Assembly (NCBI RefSeq): GCF_037042905.1
Contig: NC_087246.1
Span: 8,992,001 to 9,056,000, forward strand
Length of the DNA: 64,000 bases
Direction: 5' to 3'
Source of the DNA: Lytechinus pictus
Taxonomy: Eukaryota
The first letter of the stretch is position 1. The number at the start of each line of letters is the position of its first letter. Shown here piece after piece: positions 42,101 to 54,100 of this stretch. The position numbers and the translations under genes were made by a program. The notes beneath the pieces were generated by a model, which worked only from the letters and a program-made list of their open reading frames with translations, did not search any database and had not been told where the DNA came from.

Positions 42101-45100
42101 GAAACAAAAAACGCCATTTCTCTACACTCCTACATTATACTTCCATCCCTCCCAACCAACCAAAACAAAATACACAATATACAATATATATTGAGGGATA
42201 GCTTGTGGGACGACTAGGAGCCGACCGACCGTTTTTTTATTGTACATGATAAAACAAATATCGAACTTGCAGAACACCGTTCTTGATAGATATTAGGAAT
42301 CTATAATGACATAACATACATCGTGTATTGTAGAGTAACAGTGACAAATGAACCGACCTCTTATCCTATATTATGCGACAAGTCAGACCAGTTGAAAAAA
42401 CCAGAGGTAAAACTCAATGAGCAAAAAACTCTGGAAAAACTGTGAGAGACTTTTGCAAAACCCCCCTTGTGGGACGACTAGAGTCGACCATTTTACTTGC
42501 CAAGTTGTCATGAAACACAAACGAGAACATATACAAATAACATCAAATCATTGATACAAATGCTCATACATATTTATCCTCAAAAACAAATGATTGGTCA
42601 ATCACATTCGCTCATCTTATACGAATGAATGTGTACGCCCAGGATGAAAAAACATAGATAAAACTCAATGAGCTAAAAAACTCTGAAAAACCCCAGGCCC
42701 AAACTAAAATGCATAAAGCAAATTTATATAACAATATGATAAATTTGTCTTGGTGCTGTCACAAGCTAGAATGATTTACACATACACTTTCCATTGCCAC
42801 GCCCTATAGCGTGTTCATCTATGACACATGTTATGCATACCATTGTGCCCATTCTTCCTTTCAATCAAGGCGCCGGACCACGGCGTAAGAATGAATACAT
42901 TAAAACGATAAAACAACATTTGCCTGCTATACAAACGTACCGCAGGCAAATAATAGTCTTCTCTATTAAATCAACATCTTACAAACATCCGAAACAAAAA
43001 ACGCCATTTCTCTACACTCCTACATTATACTTCCATCCCTCCCAACCAACCAAAACAAAATACACAATATACAATATATATTGAGGGATAGCTTGTGGGA
43101 CGACTAGAATTTCAAAGAACGGGAACAAAAGCTATAACGAGCTTGAGGAAATTCACTAGAAAACCTAATAGTTACTCAATTGTTTCTGCAGCAATACCAA
43201 TTTAACAAAATAAATAATCCTTAGCCTAAAAAATTTCATTTTTAAAGGCAATTATTAAAATATGAAAACAAATTAAACATTTATATCTAAAATGTTCTAT
43301 ACTGATTTTCGTACAAATTTAGACATTATCGTAGTGCTCATGTATAAACTCTGCCACAGAAAACAAATTAGATTTATCGTCATCTAATATGTACATCAAA
43401 AATTTCCAACCATACTCCCATCAAATATTAGTATTATCTTTGATGATTTTTCAAACGACTACCTTATATGCCAAATAACATCACGACTCATGTTACATAC
43501 ACTTTCATTTATGTGAATATTAATAGCCTATGAAACCTGTGAATTTCAATTCCAAATGCATGATGCATAAAACAAATTGAACCCTTATTATAATATACTC
43601 CTTCAAAGTTATGGCTTTTCAACACTTATACATTTCAGCCAATTTAATAAAGTACCGGTCGTGTGATTTGCATATATATATAAAAATAACTGATTTCCTC
43701 AATCCATATTTAAGCCAAATAAAAACATAACCATATGAAACACATGTATATGCATGAATATCCTACAAATGTAAAGATTTAGAAACCAATAGCCTATGCT
43801 CCATACTATCTTCAACATAGCCATCTTTGGCCTTTTCGCTTCTCCACCTTCCATGCCTCTTCCACATCCTATCTGGTACCGAAGCCCTGGCCGCTGCCGT
43901 AGCTCCACCAGCTCTTAAAGAATGAAGACCTAAATTTGCAGTACCACAAACTTCTTGTAACCGGGCCAAAACTGTTTCACGGGCCCTTGTATAACTAATG
44001 GGCTTGTTTTTCTTTGTTAGCCCCTTTTTTCCTTTGTTACAATACAATGGTCTAAAAACATACTCATCAGACCCTGAAGCTACATTTATGTTCCCCATTT
44101 CAACATAAGTTTTCAAGATGCTAACAGGACAAGCACTCGTCTGCCCCATACTAATTACAACAGAATTACCCTGACGATATTGATCCGTTTTGCTCTTACG
44201 GATATGAATTAACATAAAATCTTCCTGAAATTCAATATCAGCTCCCTTTAAAGATAATACTTCATCTGATCTCAAAAAAACCAGAATAACTAAGCACTAT
44301 ATAAGCGAGATCTCTCCACACTACAATGGCTTTACTCCCTTTGTATTTTTCACATAATTCAATTATTTGCTCAGATGTCACTATGTCCTTCTTCACAATC
44401 GGTTTCGATGATTGCCTTTTTGCGCTCTCCATCAAGTTTTTAACAAAAGAATTTTCAGTAGGATCACTTGCTCCAATCATACTGTGTGCCCATTTAATTG
44501 AATATAAAGCGGATTGCACAACACTGACTAAAGACCCTTGATTCATTAAACTAGAAATGTATAAAGCGACATGAATCGGCTGTGCTGGTAAAAGATCACC
44601 TCCTTCCGCTAAAATAAATGTCTTCCATCTATCAAAACCCGAACAATACCTCTTTGTAGTGCTTTCACTCTTAGCGTCCAACATCTGCTGAGCCATAATC
44701 CTGGAAAGCTCAGAAAACTTGTCCGATTTAATCCCAGCTGCCTCGATCTCTCCCTGAATTCTCTCCTGGATACCTAGATCTGGAAAAAATAAATATGAAA
44801 CACAACTAAAAACGTACTTTGAGCGCTATCATGGAAAATTTACTCTTCTTGCTGCCAAATATTCCATTATTCCCTTTTCCTTTCTTGACAACATCAGAAT
44901 TCAAGATCTCAAAATCTTTAATGAAATAATAGAATTCCGACCCATTCCATACCTTCGACCAATATGGCGCAGATCTCCAAAGTGGCAGAATTAAAGAGCC
45001 ATTTGCTTTTTCCCGAAACAACTTATCCACAGTTTTAGCAATCAAACGAGGTGTTGGTACCCACCAATTTAGACCATCTGTCCAACTTTGGCAAAGAGTG

Positions 45101-48100
45101 TCAATACCACTTGTCCCTCTACACCACCATTTTGAATTGAACCTTTCACATTTAGCATTATAGTTACAAGCAAACCTATCAACTACATGCGGACCCCATC
45201 TAGCATCTAGTTGTAGAAATAAACTCCAGCTGATATGCCAATCATCACTATCAGCCGTCCTACTCAAATGATCGGCCCATTTTTTTTTCAGTCCTCGGTA
45301 TCCAAACCGGGTCAAATCTTCATTCCTGTTTCTTCACGTATTCTGCGAATCTCCATTGCTTTACTTTGCAGAACAGAATTTCTACTGCCTGCATTCACAA
45401 TTTTTGCCACATTTTTATTATCAGTGTACAACCGTACACTATGCCCTTCCAGGCTACTTTTACAAGATAAAGCCATTCTCACAACAGCTTCCAGCTCCCT
45501 CCAGGTGGAGCTTTGAATCCTCTCAGATTCTGACCAAACTCCCATGAGTTCTGAATTTTCACATTCTACAACATAACCTCCATAACCAAAACCAGTTATG
45601 CCCTTGCTCCCTCCAATGACCTACAACTGCCCTCATGACCTTCGTGAATACATATCCTGCCGTCGAAATACCAAATGGCAATACGTTAAAAACATAAAAT
45701 TTCCTTACACTATTACTTTCCCATGCAAAACCAAAATACCGCCTATGTTCCTCATGAATTTCGACATGATGGTAAGCACTTTTGAGGTCAAATGTAAACA
45801 CAAAATCACCTTTTCCAAAAATATCTGCCACAACAGTTGAATCTTCATACTTAAATTTATCCTTAAATAAATGAGGATTAATATGCCTACAGTCCAATAC
45901 CAAACGTAATTTACCCTTGTTATCAGATACGGTCAAAGGATTTATGATCAAGGGATTCTCATTAACCTGTGAAACACAACCTTTCTCTAACAATCTACTG
46001 ATCTCTTCAACAAAATTAGAATTATCTAATGCCGAACGATTATTTGTCAAATCCACTCTTTCTGGATCAGAATAAAATGGCAATTTATATCCATGCTCTA
46101 TCACATCCATTACCACCTCATTAGCATTTATATTTGCCCAAGACTCAAGGTTTTCACGTAATCTCCCTACAGGAGATGACACTTTATCTGCACGTTTTGA
46201 AGTGCCAACAAACAAAGCTTTCTTTATGGTCTCTGAGGCACGATTTGTCAAATTTAATGTGAAATAATTTTCACTTAACTTTGCTTTCTGTGAGGCATCG
46301 CCGCCCATCTCTCTGCACTCAGCCCTCCAGTGCCCCGCCTTGCCACAGGCGAAACACGAGCCAGGCTTCCTGCCAGCGAACAAACGCGTAGCTCTCGGCG
46401 GCTCCTGTGACTGCAAAGGTGGTCCAAAACTTGTGCTGGTGCTCGAATTGCGTCAGCCTCCTTGAGTTTCCTCGTAACCTTCACGTTAACTTTATACTGC
46501 TCTTCGTTGTCGTGTTTGCGAAATTTGTATTGATCCTTGCTCATATCTTCAATCTTTGCGATTTGAGCCTCACTCAAATCACGTTGAGTGTCACTGATGC
46601 GTTGCTGAAAAGCCCCGAGTTTATTAGTAATAAGAGTATCAAGCTGCGTAAGTAAGCCCGCCTGGCTTTCACGTATTTTCGAGTCCACAAAACTGGCTAC
46701 TGCGGTCGGCTCCATGTTGTCTTGGTGCTGTCACAAGCTAGAATGATTTACACATACACTTTCCATTGCCACGCCCTATAGCGTGTTCATCTATGACACC
46801 TGTTATGCATACCATTGTGCCCATTCTTCCTTTCAATCAAGGCGCCGGACCATGGCGTAAGAATGAATACATTAAAACGATAAAACAACATTTGCCTGCT
46901 ATACAAACGTACCGCAGGCAAATAATATTATTTATATTCTCTCTAGGAACAAGCAGTTTCTAGGTATGTTTCCCGAGAATCGTCACAATCTGAAATGCCT
47001 TGAAGAAAGTATACATCAATTCAACCAGAACTACATGATTGTACAGGGTTACTTGAAAGATGTTGCTAAGAAACTCAGAAGAATGTGTGAAGAACACAAG
47101 CAGGTACTACTCTATTGTTATTCATTGTTAGTTTTAGTACTTAAAAAGAAATGTCTGTGACTCATGTGACATGAAATTTGTTGGTTGCACAGTGCTCTCT
47201 TGAATTATAAAAGGCAAGAATTTCTGGTGACACATTTTTGTGTTTAGCTATTTCTGAAGTTAGAATCAACTTTACAAATGACTGGATCATCAAGTACAAA
47301 AATTAGTTTCTCATATTTGTTTTTCAGATGTTTGAAAATTGCAGTTAATGATAGAATTTCATTGAAATACATTTTTAAAAATATATTAATTACAATTTAA
47401 TGGGAAAGTTCACACTAACATCAATCTGGGTCTGAGAAAAACATAAAACTGAATGGCAATGAAGATTTGGCAAATATTCATGTGATATTTATAGGGGGTT
47501 TTCTGTTTTTTTAAATTGTATGACATCACATGCAAGCAACCCCCCCCCCCCCCCCCCCACTTCCAAAAAGATCACCTGGGGTCCAATGCATAATAGTTAC
47601 TGTTATGGTAATTTTGCCATGCAATGGTACTTTGCATGGAATCCTGGATTTTGATTGGCTGTTGATCAGCGTTACGGTAGTTCATGGCAGTTACCATTGG
47701 ATGGCAAAGTTTCCATAATAGTATCTTATTATGCAACTGAGCCCTGTGGTGTGACCTGCCTATGAAGAACCATCGCCTCTTTTCTTTGAAGTATCGCTCT
47801 ATTGTCCTACAGTACTATACGCTTTTGTCTCGTAAAGTTGTGTGCCAATTGCCATGCTTAATTGTTGATGTTGTGTTTTATATGCAGATGTTTGCTGAAG
47901 CTAATCGCTACATCAAGCTACAGTCAGATGGCAGGCTGGAAGAAGTATTAAATGTAGCAGTGGAAAGGTGATTAATACTCTCACATTTCTTCTCATCTCT
48001 CTGCCTCTCTCTCTCCCCCTCACTCTTTAAAGGTCTCTCCCTCATCCGCCTCCACTTATTGGTCACATCTCCTTTTTTAATCTCCCCACTCACACTTGAT

Positions 48101-51100
48101 TTCACACTTCATATATTTTGATGTTATTTTTAATTGATTTTCATTGTAGCTATGTTATGGGCAGTGTCCATGCAAAGGTCTTCAAAGCAATCAGTTCAGA
48201 GAAGACTCCAGAAGATGTCCACATTTCTGATAAACTACACCAGCTACAAGGCATCACAGGGGAAGAGCTTGGGGTTGCAGAGGAGTTCTGCTGCCCTCTT
48301 CCAGCATCTGTAAGTAATTTTTATTATGTCTCCCTAGTCATGGCATAATGAAATGTATTGCTGTATTTTGTTATCTGTTCCCATCCTTTACCTCTTACTT
48401 TCACACCTTTGTGACTCTGAAAATGTATGTCATATACAGTGAGATTTTTTTTAACGACTCGTTCAATAATCCTATTTGTCTGTAGGGTGCAAAGACCTTA
48501 CTATTCTGATATGGAGGAAGTAATATGAGATTTTATCATTCTGAGTTGTTGCTTCGATATTAATTCCTACTTTTCTTGATTTTTCTACCCATAAAGAAAT
48601 ATGCATGTATCTCTGTCATTTGGGAGGATTTGGAAACTCTATGAAATAGATTTAAAAAATATCTAATACTTTGAAATAGAGAAAAAGTTTGTCTCAATTC
48701 TAGATGTCTCAATATTACTTTGCTTTCATTTTAGGTTGTTGAGTTGGCAAGATTAGATGGAATCAACACTCCTCATGAAAAACTCACCTGTCTTCATTCA
48801 ACTCTGGTTTGTACATTTTAAATCAAATACTTTTTTCATGTTCATCTGTTGTATTGTTTATTTGTAACAAGGTGCTTTTTTTTATGTCTGCCGAATCACG
48901 GTCGGTTTCCACTAAAATTATATTTATTTGCTGATTTGTTTTGTAAATCATACTTTAAAGGGATAGATTAGAAGTGATAATTGTGAAAAATCCTGCTGAA
49001 AATACCCTCACATTACTCTACATGCATAAAGATACAAGTTGTGAGACATTCCTTTCATGAAATTGTAGTACAATGTAACTATCAATCTCAATGGTATACT
49101 CTGATGCCTCCATGCCTAAGAATAATGGCCATTTGCGCTGGCAACAAAGTATTTTGCCATGAAATTTCTATTGTATGTATTTGCTTATATTTGAACTCAA
49201 ATGGATTGCACAGTCATGAAGGAGAGAAAGTGTCTTTTTTATGATTCCGCCATTTCTGGATGAAATTTTATAAAATAAATGGTGAATATATTCTAATTTA
49301 GTCATTCTTGTATTATGAACTTAATTTCATTCAAGCTAATTAGTTAAATAACCAAACTAGTTAAACAACCAAACCACTGCTTCTCCCATTACTATACTTC
49401 CTCTAATAGTGGAACTGGATTATGATATAAGAGTATTTTCAATTTTAATTTGCTATTTGATATTTTTTAAATGTTTTCTTGTAACTTGTATGCATATAAG
49501 TGACTCCCTTTCCTCACCCAACTAAATCAAAGATAATTTACTTATAGTTGTCAACGATAGGCAATATAATTTTCAGAAGATTAAGGAGAGTGTTTATTAA
49601 TTTATTTTTTTTAATTGACAGGAAAACATCACAGAAGAGGTGAATATCCATTTAAGAGAGAACCTAGCACCAGGTCAAAGTCCTCAATGTCTTACATCAG
49701 ATGATCTCCTTCCACTACTAGTAAGTGAGCCAATTTTATGTGGAGTTAATGTTTTATTTCCATGCATTTCATGTTTCCTCCAACATCTGTTCCCACTGAA
49801 AAATATGCACATTAAGCTAAGTTAAAACTAAGCTCAGATTTAACACTACCCATATTCCTTATCCCTGACAATTGTGAACCACATTCCATAACAACTCTAA
49901 TATAATATCTTCAGAAGATTAGTACAAGATCAATTGTCACAGAAGCAAATGTCACTTATGTTTGTACAACAACTTAACAGCAAAAACTTTCACTAAAATC
50001 ATTACTCCTAGGAGCATCACATTTGCCATAAGTACATGTGGTCTTTCTTATAATCTTGTGACAATTTTTGTTATTGTGTCAATAAATGTGTGGGGTTTTT
50101 TTTACTTCCTTGGTTTATATATGATGAAATTAAGATATATAGAAATTCTGTATATGTTGATGAAATGAGCTCTCAAGGAGATGCCAGTCTTTGACTTGAC
50201 TGGTCTAAGTTCATATGTTCCATGCTCTATGAAGAGCAGAGATTTAAAATATACATGTGCTACTGTCACTTTCATCATTACTTCAGAAGAGATTACATTT
50301 ATAGTTTGTGTAGTGGTGTGTCTATGCAAGGAGATATCTCTTTGGTCTATGGGAAACTGAGGTTAGAAATGCATTTTCTAATAGGTGCTTTCAATACAGA
50401 GGTTGAAAGGTTGTTTTTTTTTAATACAGATACATACCTTAATGATTGTGTGATATTGATAATGACTCATTTTTTATCACAAGTGTATCTACTTCCTTTT
50501 GAAACCAAGCTCTTGTGTAATCTGAAATAAATTCTGATTTTTTTTTGTTACTTAGGTTCTTGTTATCAGCCAAGCAAAGTGCAGACACCTGGCAAGTAAT
50601 TTATATTATCTTGAAAACTTCCACTGGGCTTCATCAAAGCATGATAATCTTGGGTAAGTTGCATTTTTGTTATACGCTTTCATCCAGATGATGCTTAAAG
50701 GACAAGTCCACCCCAACAAAAAGTTGATTTGAAAAAAGGAGAAAAATCCAACAAGCAAAAGACAAAAAATTTCATCAAAATTGGATGTAAAATAAGAAAG
50801 TTATGACATTTTAAAGTTTCGCCTAATTTCACAAAACAGTTATATGCACATCCTGGTCAGTATGCAAATTGGCAGACTGATGACGTCACCCACTCACTAT
50901 TTCTTTTGTATTTTATTAAATGAAATATGAAATATTCTAATTTTCTCCTCCTTGTCAAGTGAAGAAAAGTTTTATTTCTCCCTGAACATGTGGAATTACT
51001 ATTATTTTAACAGTTTATGGTTAAGTTAAGTTGGTCCTTATTGTCAAATCTGTAAAAATTGAAATATTGTATTATTCAAACAATAAAAAACAAAAGAAAT

Positions 51101-54100
51101 AGTGAGTGATGGACATCGACTCTCTCATTTGCATATCGCTGAGTTGTGCATTTAACTGTTTTGTGAAAAATAAGCGAAACTTTAAAATGTCATAACTTTC
51201 TTATTTTACATCCGATTTCGATGAAATTTGCAGCGTTGTGTTTGTTTGATTTTTCTCTATCGATTCAAATCAACAATTCTCTGGGGTGGACTTGACCTGT
51301 AACATAGATATACTCCTATGAGCCCATCAGTTATTATTTTCATATTGATATTCATTTCACAAAAGTCATGTAAACAAGAGTTTTGGGATTTGCTGTCGCC
51401 TCAATTTTTCATATCATTTTCTCCCATGCCTTTAAATTTGTTTGATTTTTGTTTTAATGTTGTATTGCAGTTATGCATTGGTAACTTTCACTGCTGCTAT
51501 GGAGTATATAAAGAACACAGACTTCTCAAACATGAAGACAAATAACAACAAAATTAAGAAAGAGGTGAGTTACATTTTTTCTTTATTGTAATGAAATAAG
51601 CGAGAACTCAAGATACATGGATATTTCATGAAATTGTGTATTTTTTCACAAATAGAAAAAATATATCATAAACATGTGGAGCGTTGTGGCCCAGTGGATT
51701 AGTCTCCGGACTATGAAACAGGGTCGTGGGTTCGAATCCCAGCCATGGCGTAATTTTCTTCGGCAAGAAATTTATCCACATTGTGCTGCACTCGACCCAG
51801 GTGAGGTGAATGGGTACCCGGTAGGATTTATTCCTTGAACCTTTTAGCGCCTATTGACATGGCAGCTCAGCCAGGGTAATATGATACAAAGTATCAAAGC
51901 GCAGTTGAGTATATGCACATAGTAACTGCGCTATATAAATGGACATATTATTATTATTACATAAATCTAACAACACTTTGTTGTAGATTATATGATAGGC
52001 TATGTGTCCTTACATGTGTGTCAGCATGGTTGAGTTCTGATGATAAGTGGCCAAGATAATAGAGAGTGCTAAATCAGCCTCCATTTACTCGGGTTAATAC
52101 GTCTAAAAGTGCACAAACCTAATCTACTTCAATCTGTGAAATTGTTTTAAAATATGGAAATACTGGGATGACATTAGTATATAAAGAATGTTTCTTAGAA
52201 ATAAGACAATTAGAGTGGTCGTGTTACTATGTTACCCGGGGAAGCCACTTACATTGACGAGTGGATACCATGCGTGACCAAAAAAACACTTAAAAATGAT
52301 GTCTTTTTCAAGATATGGCACGTTACGTACGTAACGTAATAAGGGTGTCAAAACACTGAAATAATGAAACAAGTGGAATGCCTCTGGCCGTCTCACCTGC
52401 ATCACGCGATTCAATATAGCAGCAGTGCTGATTTTGAAAACTACTATAACTCGCACAAGATGTTCAGTGATACTTGGTTACTCTTATTTCCACGTTTTAT
52501 GAACTAGACCAATACACTTATAGAGATATGATGGCAATTCAACAAATACCCCCAACGTGGCCAAAGTTCTTTGACCTTACATGACCTTTGACCTTGATCA
52601 TGTGACCTGAAACTCGCACAGGATGTTCAGTGATACTTGATTACTATTATGTCCAAGTTTTATGAACTAGACCAACACACTTTCAAATTTATGGCTGTAA
52701 TTCAACAAATACCCCAATTTGGCCAAAGTTCATTGACCCTAAATGACCTTTGACCTTGATCATGTGACCTGAAACTTGCACAGGATGTTCAGTAATACTT
52801 GATTACTATTATGTCCAAGTTTCATGAATCAGATCCATAAACTTTCAAAGTTATGATGGTAATTCAACAGATACCCCCAATTCGGCCAAAGTTCATTGAC
52901 CCTAAATGACCTTTGACCTTGGTCATGTGACGTGAAACTCATGCAGGATGTTCAGTGATACTTGATTAACCTTATGTATAAGTTTCATGAACTAGGTCCA
53001 TATATTTTCTAAGTTATGATGACATTTCAAAAACTTAACCTTAGGTTAAGATTTTGATGTTGATTCCCCCAACATGGTCTAAGTTCATTGACCCTAAATG
53101 ACCTTTGACCTTGGTCATGTGACATGAAACTCGGGCAGGATGTTCAGTAATACTTGATTAATCTTATGGCCAAGTTTCATGAACTAGGTCCATATATTTT
53201 CTAAGTTATGCTGTCATTTCAAAAACTTAACCTTAGGTTAAGATTTGGTGTTGACGCCGCCGTCGCCGCCGCCGTCGGAAAAGCGGCGCCTATAGTCTCA
53301 CTCTGCTATGCAGGTGAGACAAAAAAGGGTGTCCATTTTGCTAGGAAAGCTACATGTTTAGGGTCAACTTTGCGAGGGTATAAAAAGACTGAAATGTTTT
53401 ATAAAGGATGTACTTTTTGCCCCAACAGTCAACACCCCGTGTTTAGACTTAGAGTCCGATTTGCTCGAGGTGTGGAAGGTGGGGCCGTACGTACTAAACC
53501 CAATGATGAAGGTAAAGGTAAAACCGACGTCTGTGGCATATCGCTGTACTTGTTTAGGGGTTCAATTCAGGGAATACTTGCCAAGGGTATTGTTTTATTT
53601 CCAATACTTGATAAGGGTAGGGTTTCACACGCCAATACTTGTGAAGGGGTGCAATTTTAGAATATGGAAAATACTTGTTAGGTTCATGCATGGTATCCAC
53701 AACGTCAATGAAAGTCCCCCCCCCCCCCCCCGGGCTATGTTAGTACCTTCTCTAGCACGATTTGTGCCTTATTGACAGTTTATTTTAATGCATTTTCTCA
53801 AAATATTTTAGATGAGCATTGATGAACTCATGGCTGCATCCAAATTTGCCTATGCCAGCACCACCAGCGGAGATTCCACGCCTACCCAGGTAACCTATGA
53901 TCAATCATCTAATGAAGCACCCTCTACTGTTGAGCAGCAATCAACATACCAGATGAAAACCCTTCAAATGCAACTTGATAATATCAGCAGAATGATGGAG
54001 TCTTCCTCAATCTCATCAGGTCCTACCAGTGTTTTTGGAGGTAGGATTCAATTCATCTGGGGGGGGGGGGCTGTTTCACAAAGAGTTAAGTGTGACAGAG

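Larger units (their letters stand above)
42066..46927 (-). mobile_element. Tyrosine-recombinase (DIRS order) retrotransposon, PAT-like, with split direct repeats; defective copy
   Basis: In element orientation: A1 46927-46717, gag, RT/RH, MT, YR, B1 43107-42956, A2 42955-42745, spacer, B2 42217-42066. The A copies are 211 bp with 2 mismatches seen; the B copies are 152 bp with no mismatch seen. No TSD. Confidence 0.95.

Noticed and set aside
42202..42698. CRISPR-like repeat-spacer array (GTTTTTCAGAG on the minus strand)
   Set aside because: Only two units, ~150-nt spacers, eukaryotic retrotransposon context and no cas genes; an RNA-structure explanation fits better.
42218..42744. Hammerhead ribozyme in the retrotransposon spacer
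   Set aside because: No CUGANGA...GAAA core with the required stems found by eye; other ribozyme classes are not excluded.
42794..43084. Duplicated small plus-strand ORF MPRPIACSS... (also 46766-46963)
   Set aside because: Antisense reading of repeat A with a non-ATG start; no coding signal.
53208..53775. 150-aa and 104-aa ORFs
   Set aside because: They cross the HINE/MITE boundary and show no recognisable domain.
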